Shown here piece after piece: positions 1 to 11,611 of a stretch of 64,000 bases of DNA. Made by a program: the position numbers and the translations under genes. Numbering within the stretch: position 1 is the first letter of the stretch; the number at the start of each line of letters is the position of its first letter. A model generated the notes under the pieces. That model was not told the DNA's origin. It did no database searches and was given only the letters and a program-made list of their open reading frames with translations. This DNA is from Octopus sinensis (taxonomy: Eukaryota), in contig NC_043002.1 of assembly GCF_006345805.1 (NCBI RefSeq), positions 82,460,001 through 82,524,000 on the forward strand, read 5' to 3'.

Positions 1-405
1 TCAGTCACCATATTTTATTCCATAAGAACTGTCGCTGAAGAGCGCACGGTTACATTTTCAGACGAAGCTGCAGTGTACAGAAGGTGTGGGTAGCCTTGTT
101 CTGCTGCACTCAGAAGGCAGTGGACAAAGAGGACCAAGAGAAAGTCAAAAACTTGAAGAGATTCTGAAGGTTACGTACACGGACGGGTCGCCCACGTGGA
201 AAGTAAGCCCGAGAGTCTCAGAGCAGCACGGTTCATGGACAAATACTTTAGATATCGCCTTCCGTACATGCTTAGGGAATGCACAGATTCAAAGCAAATG
301 GTGGTGTATTAACGATGTGGCCAACCTGGGCACATAGCGAAGTATTGCATGCAGGGAAATGAGGGGAGGGAAATTATTGCGCCAATTATTTCCCCGTAAA
401 ACCCC

Positions 406-821
406 GGTACTACTTAAGAAGAGCGGTCCCGGTGCGCGCACACGCGCATCGGAGCTAGCTAGTCGTGACTAGTCGATCCTACAACGACTATCTAGCGTAG
501 TATAAAAACACAAAATAATTTTTTTACACAAATAAATAATTTTTTGGCGTAACTTCGGTATAAATACTAGAAATACCGGATACATTTCAAGAAAGTGTTT
601 TTTTTATATATATGGGTGGTTAGGGTTAGTGATGGGAGAAAAGGGTTCCTGTTATATTCAGAAATGTAAACAAAACACTTCCGGTACTTATACCGAAGGA
701 TCGCCTAATTGTTTTTAAACAAAGTAAACAAAACACAAAGGATCGACTAGTCATGACTATCAAGTGCAGATGCACGAGTACGGGAGTGCGCGCACCGAGA
801 CCACTCTTCTTAAGTAGTACC
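406..821. mobile_element. GGTAC-family MITE (long CpG-rich TIRs)
   Basis: Begins GGTACTACTTAAGAAGAGCGGTCCCGGTGCGCGC and ends with its near reverse complement; no matching TSD at this copy. Confidence 0.8.
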
Positions 822-829
822 GAGGAGCA

Positions 830-1262
830 GTTATCGTGAAATCCGGGTGGAGTAAAGGGGAAGGAAAATGACCGGAAAGGAGAGGAAGTGAACTCAGGAA
901 TCAACAGAAAGGGCCACGAAAATGACGTCACGTCAGGAAGAGACAGGTTAAAGACGTCATCTTCCATCCAGGATCAGCAACGCGGTTAATTCGTGTGCTG
1001 GAAACGTTTGCAGAGTAGAATATGAGTCGATTTTGTTAAAATAATCTGGAGAAAATTTGAAAAAATGTTGAGGGAAGTTGTTGATAGAAAAGAACAAAGG
1101 AAAACCCTGGAACGAACCGCCATCTATTGGGGAATTAAAGAAAGACAATCATATCAAGGGAAATAACTTCTACAACACCTCAACCTCGGTTCTTTTCAAT
1201 TATTAATTAAGGTGCTTAATTACTGATCACTGACTCGCAGTTTATATCCGAATACGGTAAGT
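830..1262 (+). promoter_or_regulatory. Type-A promoter / non-coding first exon of ZNF-a
   Basis: CCGGAA 872-877, TGACGTCA 923-930, CCGCCATCTATTGG 1117-1130, donor aatacg|GTAAGT at 1257; second donor-like copy at 1591. Confidence 0.65.
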
Positions 1263-2011
1263 TGACAAAGATTTACTTTAAGGCGGTAATAGTGATAATA
1301 CTACTACTAATAATAATGTAAATAATAGAATTATGTGAACCTCTCGATGTCACAGTAATTATTTTTCGAAGCGAAAACGTAACAACAGGAAAATATATTT
1401 CTTCGACTTAAATAATAACTTTGAAACTGAAATGTTGATTTGTTCATTATGAAATACTATGACCGACTGTTACATGTGATAGAACTGAAATTAATTGGTA
1501 TAATGAGAATAAAACAGCGTAATTAATTAGTAAAATGTGAGGAGTCCACACTAATACATGTTATGTTGTTTATGAGGCATTGATAAAAAGGTAAGTTGAT
1601 AAAGATTTACTGTAATGTTATATTAATAATCGTAATGATGATGATGATTTCAAAACTGGCCCAGGGTCAGCAATCTTTAATACGAGCGATAAGTCGATCG
1701 CATGGGTCCCGGTTTTTTTCCGAAAGAGATGAAAGACAAAGTCGATCTCATCCGTATTTGAACTCAGGACTTTCCACCAAGGTTGGCTTTGTATTTCATT
1801 CCATTCCGTGTGAAGAAAATAATAATTATGATGATGATAATAGTAACTTTTTGATAATTAAAACAATAACCTTTCGTGCTTTTGACCTGAAAATTGGCGG
1901 GAGGGCATAAGTGAATTACATAGACCCTAGTACTTGATTGCTTGTAATTTTTTCTACCTGGAAATGATGAAAGGCGACCTTGATGTGATTTGAACTTTGA
2001 GAGTAATGATG

Positions 2012-2741
2012 CGATCTTTACACTTTGACCGGCAGATTTTAAAAATAATTTCTATGTAACTATAAAATTTTAAACTTCGTGTACTGGTAGAATGTGTTTA
2101 TAAATCATCTTTTTCTCTTGGCTTTCTTGAGAAAATTCCGTAGTTTGTAACATACTTGTTGTTTAAGTTTTTGCATTTCGGCAATTTCAACCAATTAATG
2201 ACGTCTATTGAGGTGAAAACGATTTCTGCCGTAACAGTTTCTGGCGGCGTTATATGAAAATGTTCCTGTTACATATTATACATTCGTTTAAGAAACAGAT
2301 TGGGTTTATTTACATTTCTGAAGAAAAAAAGATGCCCTTCCCTCCAACCCCAACCCTAAAACAGATTGAAATGCAATAGATCGATACTAGGGTCATAATT
2401 ATGGGTGGACACTGAAAAGGGAACGGTTTTGTTATCCAGCTCTGTTTACGAGTGACCCCTCAGTTTATGGCACAGGGTATCTTTTTTCTCATAAAAAACG
2501 GACATTTTCGTATGACGCCGCCATTAAATGTTACGGCAGAAATCGTTTTCACCTTTGATTGGTTGAAATTGCCAAAATGCAAGAAATTAAACAACAAATA
2601 TGTTTCAAACTACAGAATTTTCTCAAGAAAGCTAAGAGAAAAAGATGTTTTATGTAACACATTCTACCAGTTTACGAAGTTTAAAATTTTTTAGTCACGT
2701 AGAAATTATTTTAAAATCTGCCAGTCAAAGCGAAAAGAGCC
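2012..2741. mobile_element. GGATC-family (Merlin-like) foldback MITE
   Basis: Long inverted arms; flanks TAATGATG / TAATGATA (7 of 8 match). Confidence 0.75.
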
Positions 2742-3457
2742 TAATGATATGTAGGGGACTGCCCATGGGCTCATCATAGACAACATGAAGGCAGGGACCT
2801 TCACTGCTGGCTAGCTAGTGAGCTGGTTCAGAAAAGGGAATTCCGGTCGGGTAACATGAAGTCTTAAATCAAACATTTTTCTGAAAGGTAGAGGTGAAGT
2901 GTGTAGTAAACTTCTGTGGGTATACCAATGTTTCAACGCCTCAATGAACTCTGACCCCTGTAAACATTGACATTAAATGGCTGACAGTGTTCATGTTGTA
3001 AAATTTGCAATGTTGAATTATTATGTCACTTAACTATTCTCTTTATCTTACTGTTTCTTTTCCTCTTTCAGAATATCACATCATGTTGACATAAAAGAAA
3101 TCTTGTCGTTCAGATGTGCCTTTTGATATTTTTATGGACTTTCACCAACTAAAGGAAGACAATATATTTATAAGGAGCATTCATCAATACATCAACCTTT
3201 TTATATTGATATAATCTATGACAAACAACAGCAAAATATTTTTCTTGTCTTCACTGTCTGGAATGTAGAGGAGGTGATTGCTTTACAAGTTTGGATAACT
3301 TTACGAAGGACCTGACAGTTTTCAGCTGCTAATTTAGATATTAAGTAAGATCACAGATGAAAGAAGCATAGCATTAAATTATTCCCTGAAAATACTAACT
3401 GAACTGAACACAAACATATTCATAGAAAAGAAAAAAAACAATATTATTGTGATATTT

Positions 3458-5299
3458 ATGTCAAATTATTCTCCCATAATGAATAATTTATCTAAATCTA
3501 AAAACACTGGTACAAGAGAGAAACCATATTCCTGTGATGTCTGTGGAAAATCATTCTCTCGAAGAGGTAACTTGACCGTTCACAGACATATTCATACGGG
3601 TGAGAAGCCATATCATTGTGATGTCTGTGGAAAATCATTTTCTCGGAGAAGTCACTTGTCTGTTCACAAACATACACATACAGGAGAGAAGCCATATCAG
3701 TGCAATACGTGTGGTAAATCATTCTCTTGTAATAATCATTTAACTACTCATAGACGTATTCATACTGGTGAAAAACCATATCCCTGCGATTTATGTGATA
3801 AATCATTTTCTCAAATTAATGCTTTAACTAGACACAAACGTGTTCATACAGGTGAGAAGCCATATCATTGTGATATCTGTGGTAAATCATTTGCTGCAAA
3901 CGGTAACTTGATGATTCACAAGCGTGTTCATACTGGGGAAAAACCATACCACTGTGATATCTGTGGTAAATCATTTTCTGATAATAGCACTTTAACTAAA
4001 CACAAAACTACACATACAGGAGAGAAACCATATGGTTGTGATATCTGTGGTAAATCATTCTCTAGAAATAGTGACTTAACTAGTCACAAAGGTATACATA
4101 CGGGAGAGATGCCATATCATTGTAATACTTGTGGGAAATCATTTTCTAAAAATAGCACTTTAACTAGTCACAAACGTATTCACACAGGTGAGAAACCATA
4201 TCGCTGTGATATCTGTGGTAAATCATTTTCTGAAAATAGCACTTTAACTAGACATGAACGTATTCATACAGGTGAGAAGCCATATCAATGTATTATCTGC
4301 GGTAAATCATTTTCTGAAAATAGTCTCTTGACTAGACACAGACGTATTCATACTGGGGAAAAACCATATCCTTGTGATATCTGTGGCAAATCATTTTCCG
4401 TAAGTAGCAGTGTAACTAGTCACAAGCGTATTCATACAGGAGAGAAGCCATATTATTGTAATATCTGTGGTAAATCATTCACTGCAAACAGTGACTTGAC
4501 TAAACACAAGCACGTTCATACTGGAGAGAAGCCATATCACTGTGATATCTGTGGTGGGTCATTTTCTAATTCCAGTTACATGAAAAGGCACAAACGTATT
4601 CATAGAACTGAGAAGCCATATCACTGTGATACATGTGGCAAATCATTCTCTAAATGTAGTGTCTTAACAAAACACCAGCGTGTTCATACAGGAGAGAAAC
4701 CATATCATTGTGATACCTGTGGTAAATCATTCTCTAGAAATAGTGAATTGACTAAACATAAACGTATTCATACTGGGGAAAAACCATATCACTGTGATAT
4801 CTGTGGTAAAACATTCTCTCAAAGTAATGGCTTAACTAAACACAAGCGTGTTCACACTGGAGAGAAACCATATCATTGTGATACCTGTGGTAAATCCTTC
4901 TCTTGTAGTAGTCTATTGACTAATCATAAACGTATTCATACTGGAGAGAAGCCATATCACTGTGACATTTGTGGTAAATCATTTTCTAAAAATAGCACTT
5001 TAGCTAGTCACAAACGTATTCATACGGGTGAGAAGCCATACCATTGTAATATCTGTGGTAAATCATTTTCTGAAAATAGCACTTTAACTTGTCACAAGCG
5101 TATTCATACAGGTGAGAAGCCATATCAGTGTGACATTTGTGGTAAATCATTTTCTGAAAATAGCACTTTAACTAGTCACAAATATACTCATGCAGGGAAG
5201 AAGCCATATCATTGTGACATCTGTGGTAAATCATTCTCTTGTAGTAGCCACTTGACTAAACACAAACGCATTCATACAGGGGAGAAATTATATCCATGA
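3458..5299 (+). CDS. ZNF-a: C2H2 zinc-finger protein, 21 tandem fingers, no effector domain
   Basis: 21 Cx2Cx12Hx3H repeats with TGEKPY linkers. First ATG at 3458 (ORF track starts at GTG 3449). Conserved acceptor tttcAG|aatatcacatc at 3070-3071. Confidence 0.95.
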   Translation: MSNYSPIMNNLSKSKNTGTREKPYSCDVCGKSFSRRGNLTVHRHIHTGEKPYHCDVCGKSFSRRSHLSVHKHTHTGEKPYQCNTCGKSFSCNNHLTTHRRIHTGEKPYPCDLCDKSFSQINALTRHKRVHTGEKPYHCDICGKSFAANGNLMIHKRVHTGEKPYHCDICGKSFSDNSTLTKHKTTHTGEKPYGCDICGKSFSRNSDLTSHKGIHTGEMPYHCNTCGKSFSKNSTLTSHKRIHTGEKPYRCDICGKSFSENSTLTRHERIHTGEKPYQCIICGKSFSENSLLTRHRRIHTGEKPYPCDICGKSFSVSSSVTSHKRIHTGEKPYYCNICGKSFTANSDLTKHKHVHTGEKPYHCDICGGSFSNSSYMKRHKRIHRTEKPYHCDTCGKSFSKCSVLTKHQRVHTGEKPYHCDTCGKSFSRNSELTKHKRIHTGEKPYHCDICGKTFSQSNGLTKHKRVHTGEKPYHCDTCGKSFSCSSLLTNHKRIHTGEKPYHCDICGKSFSKNSTLASHKRIHTGEKPYHCNICGKSFSENSTLTCHKRIHTGEKPYQCDICGKSFSENSTLTSHKYTHAGKKPYHCDICGKSFSCSSHLTKHKRIHTGEKLYP

Positions 5300-5630
5300 G
5301 ATATCTGTGGTTAATCATTCTCTTTTAATACTCACTTGACTAATCATAAACTTCTTCATACTGGGGGAAAAACCACATCACTGTGATATCTGTGGTGAAT
5401 AATTCTTTCAAAATGGCCACTTCAGTACACATGTGAGTATTCACACACAACTGTAACTGTACCAGTATTGAAATTTATTACAATACGACAACAATAATTT
5501 CTATTTTTCTTTGCTAAACGGCGTTTTTTTTTGTATCTCTTCAAATTTGATGTTATCAACTTTAAGTTCTTGAATATGAACCTGAATGCCGTGTATATAT
5601 GGAAATATATCAACACAACAATGCCTTTGA

Positions 5631-5741
<111 letters not shown>

Positions 5742-6082
5742 TAAAATTTGTTACATGCCTAAAATTACTTCTAGTTTTTCTGTGAAGAGACAGGGATTTT
5801 TTTTATCTCTTCAAATTTCATGGTATCAGCTTCAATTTCATCAATGTCAACATCAAATTCAGCAAAGACTTTGATTTCTGAAGATGGTCATGCTGGATTT
5901 ATGAGGAATTTGTTATGAGAGAATAAAGAAACGGGAATATTGAATAAAAACTGAACCAAACTGAAATTGGTTTTGTCTATGTACTTTCATCATCGTCGTC
6001 ATTTTCATCATCATCATCCTTCAACGATAATTTTTCTTTATATGCTGGCATGGGTGGGACAGTTTGATGCTGTGTGCTTTAT

Positions 6083-6600
6083 ATCATCATCATCATTTAA
6101 CATCCGCCTTCCAAGCTAGCATGGGTTGGATGATTTGACTGAGGTCTGGTGAACCTAATGGCTGTACTAGGCTCCTTTCTGATCTGGCAGAGTTTCTACA
6201 GCTGGATGCCCTTCCTAATGCCAACCACTCTGAGAGTGTAGTGGGTGCTTTTATGTGTCACTGGCATGAGGAACAGTCAGGCAGTACTGGCAATGACCAT
6301 GCTCAAATGGTGTTTTTTACGTGCCGCCTGCACAGGAACCAGTCTAGTGGCACAGGCAATGACCTCGCTCAAATACTTTTTCATGTGCCAGTAAGGCAAT
6401 GCTAGTAACGATCATGCTCAAATGGTGCTTTTTACCTGCCACACAGCATATATATATATTGGCATTAGGAAGGGCATCCAGCTGTAGAAACACTGACAGA
6501 TCAGACTGGAGCCTGGTGCAGCCTTCTGGCTTCCCAGATCCCGGTCGAACCGTCCAACATATGCTAGCATGGAAAACGGACGTTAAATGATGATGATGAT
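6083..6600. mobile_element. Two 5'-truncated RTE LINE 3' UTR copies in inverted orientation
   Basis: (CAT)n...catgggttgga on the left and ...ggacgttaaatgatgatgat on the right; same sequence as the 3' end of the RTE at 41607. Confidence 0.75.
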
Positions 6601-6836
6601 ATATATATATATATATATACACACATGTAAATTCATGTGTGTGTGTATGTATGCATATCTAATACTCTAAATGTGAATATCAGTGTGTCACACTTTTTCA
6701 ACTTTACTCCTAGAGGCCGTAGTCCAACATATCATACCATTTTGGAATCAGGCTCAATCTGTGGGTAAATTAAGAACTTTCCAGGGCGAATCTGGACCTG
6801 TAAGCCTGAAATTTTGGATTCCCAGGTTATCATTAC

Positions 6837-7227
6837 GGATCTTTTCGGTTTCACCAGCAGTTTTTTCTAGTGGTGTCATATGAAATTGTCACCCATAATT
6901 ATGACCCTAATATTGATCTGTTGCATTTCAATCTGTTTTAGGGGTGGGGGAAGGGTATCATTTTTTCTTCACAAATGTAAATAAACCCAATCTGTTTCTT
7001 AAACGAGGGACATATTCATATGGCACAATGTTTTCACCTCAATAGACGTCATTGATTGGTTGAAATTGAAAAAAAAACAACAAATATCTTACAAACTATA
7101 GAACTTTCTCAAAAAAGCCAAGAGAAAAAGATGTTTTATAAACACATTCTACCAGTATACGAAGTTTAAAAGTGTTTAGTTACATAGAAATTATTTTTAA
7201 AAACTGCCGTTCAAACCGAAAAGATCC
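6837..7227. mobile_element. GGATC-family (Merlin-like) MITE
   Basis: TIR GGATCTTTTCGGTTT...AAACCGAAAAGATCC with an exact 8-bp TSD ATCATTAC. GG termini with an 8-9 bp TSD fit the Merlin/IS1016 superfamily. Confidence 0.85.
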
Positions 7228-8392
7228 ATCATTACTACTCTTGTTTTTGGTGATTTTCTTTTTTTTACATGATTTTTGGGATGAATTTCTTTGCATGATA
7301 ACAATTTCTAATAACTGGATCCATGAAAACTTCACAGAAAATATAAAAAATGTAGGCATCTATAAAAAGAGACTTCATTTAATAACTATCAAATAATTAT
7401 CCCATAGTTATTGGTGTATACACCACTGACTGTTGCCTCATAAATTCTGGATAAATGGATGCTTTTTGACAAAAGTTTCAACAAATAATCACTTAGATCC
7501 TGTTGATTGAATGTATGGGAAGATTTGATGGAAAAAGTTTTTCCAAGGGGTTGGGGAAAGAAGTTTGGGAAAATACACACAACCCAACATTTTCTCCTTT
7601 GTAACTTTCAGGAAAATGTGCATTTTTATTTCATGCAATTACCTTTCAAACGGCATAGATTATGATTACTGAAGTTGAGGGGGAGTGGTGGCTATACATC
7701 TGTAGTTATGCCTAATTTTGTATAAGCAGAACCCTGGGAAATTCTACGAAATTCAAAAAAATGGAAGCATCTTTAAAAGTAACACAATTACAGTGTGGAA
7801 AAGTAAAACTAATATCCAATATTGGCTGAGGATGGTAATTAATTATATTGTAGGAAAGTAAAAGTAACATCCAATATTTGCTGTAGTTATGTATGTGTAT
7901 ACTCTGAAAATACACTCTTTTTTTTTGTTTCAATCATTTGACTGTGACCATACTGGAGCACCGCCTTTATAGCCGAGCAAATCGACACCAGAGCATATTC
8001 TTTGTAAGCCTAGTACTTATTCTATTGGTCTCTTTTGCCGAACCGCTAAGTTATGGGGACGTAAACACACCAGCATCGGGTGATGTGTAATGTTGTATGG
8101 TGTGGTGTGGTGTGATGATGTGAGGTGGGGAAAGCACGGGTGGGGTGTGGATTCGGCTGAGGGTTGGGGTTTGTGGATAGGCACAGACAGGCAACATTTT
8201 TCTTTGCAAGTTCCATATTTTCAATGACTTTATCATATATCACCCAAAACGATGAGTTTTCCAGTGTTTTCTTTATGAGAATGGTTTCATTCTCTTTCAC
8301 TATTATTCTCTATCCACTCTGTTCACTCTATCTTTACGCATCCTCTTTACGGGGTCAACGACGCAGTTAATTTATGTGCTGGAAAAGGAGTA

Positions 8393-9118
8393 GGATCTTT
8401 TCCTCTTGAACGACAGTTTTCAACACAATTTCTTGTTAACTAAACACTTTTAAACTTCGTATACTGGGTAGAATGTGTCAAAATAAAACATTTTTTTCTC
8501 TTGGCTTTCTTGAGAAAATTGTAATTTGTAAGTTTAACGTAGTTTAATTTTTCGAATTGTAACCAATCCTATGGCCTCTATTGAGCTAAAATCATTTGCT
8601 GCGTCTAAAACTGAGACAACATCCTGTCACTAACCCTAACCCTAAATTTTAGCCTTTCGTTTTTTTTTTCTTAATTGTTAAAAAAATTTTATTGTTACGC
8701 GTGTGTCTAAAATTACTCGTTTTGGTTTTGTTTTGAGTTTTTGCTTTCGTTTTTTTTTTTCTGAATTGTTAAATTAAAATTATTTTCCATTGCTTTCGTT
8801 TTTTTTTTTTTCCTAATTGTCATCCTTAAATTAATTTAACAATTAAGAAACAATAAAAACGAAAGGCTAAAATTTAGGGTTAGTGACAGGATGTTGTCTG
8901 TTTTAGACGCAGCAAATGATTTTAGCTCAATAGAGGCGATTGATTGGTTAAAATTCGAAAAATTAAACTACATTAAACTGAAAAAATTACAATTTTCTCA
9001 AGAAAGCCAAGAGAAAAAAATGTTTTAGTTTCACACATTGTACTAGTATAACGAAGTTTAAAAGTGTTTAGTTAACAAGAAATTGTGTTGAAAACTGCCG
9101 TTCAAGAAGAAAAGATCT
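8393..9118. mobile_element. GGATC-family foldback MITE with ~290-bp arms
   Basis: The arms are reverse complements; flanked by a 55-bp direct repeat. Confidence 0.8.
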
Positions 9119-9229
9119 GCATCCTCTTTAAGATGTCAACGACGCAGTTAATTTATGTGCTGGAAAAAGAGTAGACTTTATTAAAATAATCTGGTGTAAA
9201 TTTGGAAAAACTCAAAGGTAAGTTATTGA

Positions 9230-9414
9230 CAGAATGGGACAAAGAAAAACACTGGAACGAAACCAACAAGTCAGCAGAGCCATCTATTGGAGAATTAAAG
9301 AAATACAATCATACGAAGGGAAGTAACTTCTACAACACAGTTCCCTTAATTTATTAATTAGTGCATTTAATTAGCGATCACTGGACTCGCATTTTATATC
9401 CGAATACGGTAAGT
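9230..9414 (+). promoter_or_regulatory. Type-A first exon of ZNF-b
   Basis: GAGCCATCTATTGG 9277-9290; donor aatacg|GTAAGT at 9409; second copy GTAAGC at 9726. Confidence 0.65.
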
Positions 9415-10554
9415 TTACAAAGATTCACTTTAAGGCTGTAATGGTGATAATAATACTACGAATAGCAATATAAATAATAGAATTATGTAAACCTCTCGCT
9501 GTCACTAATTATTTCGAAGCGGAAACTAACAGCATTAGGAAATTATATTTGCTCGTCTTAATTAATAACTTCCAAATTGAAATGTTGATCGGTTGTTAAT
9601 GGAAAGCGATTATCGACTGTTATATATGATATAAGGGAAATTAATTTGTAAAATGAGAGTAAATAGGGTTAAGGAAACCGACTGAAAAATACCACATTAA
9701 TTTATGTTGAGGCCTTGAAAAAACGGTAAGCTGAGAGATTTCCTTTAAGGTTAAACTAATACTTGTAATGGTGATGATGGAGTACTATTTAAGAAGAGTG
9801 GTTTTAAGTGTTGACACAGGACCAACATTTGTCGAGAGAAGCGGGAAGTCAATTTACATGGATCTGGGTATTTCCCGAATGGTACGAAAAGCAAAGTCGA
9901 CCTCGGCCGTATTTGAAGTCAGTAATTTCTCCCGAGGCCGACTTCGTTCCATTCGGTGTGAATACAATAACGGCGCACATTGCGGAGACGTAAGCCGACC
10001 CCTTCCGCACTGGTTTTGGCTATGGAGATTCCGATTCAGAACAAAAAAAAAAAAAAATTATTGGCAAAACTTGCAACTTCATAATTTCGATTTTCCCTTC
10101 ATTTTTTTTCATTTTTCACTTCCTTCATAAATTTGTTTGAGTGAGATATGTAGAAAAATACGGAGATTAAAAAAAAAAATAACTATAATAAAATTATCCC
10201 AACCCCTTCCCGATTCTACGGCCTTTAGATAGGGGTTAAACTAAAGCGTTAAATCCGGTCAAAAAAACAAAAAAAAAAATTTGTGTTTATGTTACAACAT
10301 ATAGAATTTTCTCAATAAAGCCAAGAAAAAAAATGATGTTTTATAAACACATTCTACCAGAATACGAAGTTTAAAAGTGTTTAGTTAACTAGAAATTGTG
10401 TTGAAAAGTGCCGTTCAAAAGGAAAAGATCCAACAGAAGTTACTACATGTTGTACACCTGTTGCACTTTTTTTTTTTAGTTGCTCGGGTCAAACATTTTA
10501 GTTGCAAGAGAAAGCCATAACAGAAAAAGATTTATACGTTCGATACAACATCAA

Positions 10555-11062
10555 GGTGCTATTTAAGAAGAGTGGTCCCGGTGCGCGTACTGGCGCTAGC
10601 TAGTTGTGACTAGTCGATCCTGCAACGACTACCTAGCAAAAGTAAATAAAACAACATAAATAATTTTTTTTTTAAAAGGGATCTTTTCGGTTTGAACGGC
10701 AGTTTTTAACATAATTTCCACGTAACTAAACACTTTTAAACTTCGTGTACTGGTAGAATGTGTTTATAAAACATCTTTTTCTCTTAGCTTTACTGAGAAA
10801 ATTCTATAGTTTGTAAGATATTTGTTGTTTTATTTTCTGCAATTTCAACCAATCAATGACGTCTATTGAGGTGAAAACATTCTGTGCCGTATGAATATGT
10901 CCCTCGTTTAAGAAACAGTTAGTTTATTTACATCTGTGAAGAAAAAAAAAAGATACCCATCCCCCCACCCCTAACCCTAAAACAGATTGAAATACAATAG
11001 ATCGATACTAGGGTCATAATTATGGGTGACAATTTCATATGACACCGCAAGAAAAAACTGTC
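10555..11062. mobile_element. GGTAC left arm joined to a truncated GGATC MITE in ZNF-b intron 1
   Basis: GGTGCTATTTAAGAAGAGTGGTCCCGG at 10555; GGATCTTTTCGG at 10679; right end missing, abuts the conserved acceptor block. Confidence 0.7.
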
Positions 11063-11611
11063 ATTTATATACAGAATGTTGTAAAACTTTCAAAGCCTCA
11101 ATGGATTCTGACCCATGCAAACATAGACATTGAATGGATGACAGTGTTGATGTAATATTTGCAATGTTGAATTACTATGTCGTTTAATGATTCTCTTTAT
11201 CTCACTGCTTCTTTTTCTATTTCAGAATATCACATCATGTTGACGTTAAAGAAATTTCTTCATTTAGACATGCCTCTGATATTTTTGTTGACTTTCATCA
11301 ATTAAAGGAAGACCATATATTCATAAGGCACATTCATCAACGCATCAACTTCTTTGTATAAATGAAATCCTCAATGAACGATGGGAAAATATTTCTTCTT
11401 GGCTATGCAATTAACAGCAACGTTTATTTCCCTTCACTGTCTGGAATGTAGTGGAGATGGTCAATTTACAGATTAATTAAGCTTGGATAACTTTGCAAAC
11501 GAATTAACAGTTTACATCTTTTGTTTTGGTTATTAAGAGTGGACACAAGCACTCATACAAACGAAAAAAACAATATCATTGTGATAAGTATGACAAAATT
11601 ATTCTCTCATA

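Noticed and set aside
170-195. YTDGS as an RNase H motif in ORF 86-337
   Set aside because: Other RNase H residues are not recognisable, and the motif is absent from the second repeat copy.
3072-3457. Hidden KRAB, SCAN or BTB effector exon upstream of the fingers
   Set aside because: No such translation seen; the segment between acceptor and ATG has stops in the ZNF frame and only short, variable uORFs.
3498-3722. Antisense or alternative-frame ORFs over ZNF arrays (also 11625, 25447, 32957, 57342, 57450)
   Set aside because: By-products of the 84-bp repeat's codon pattern; no independent evidence.
5297-5299. A-to-I stop recoding to extend truncated arrays
   Set aside because: Editing would give Trp rather than the lost Cys, and further stops or frameshifts follow within a few codons.
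9768-10130. 120-aa ORF in ZNF-b intron 1 (also 1596-1910 and 626-967)
   Set aside because: No domain recognised; it spans poly-A runs and repeat-derived sequence, and is not kept open in paralogous introns.
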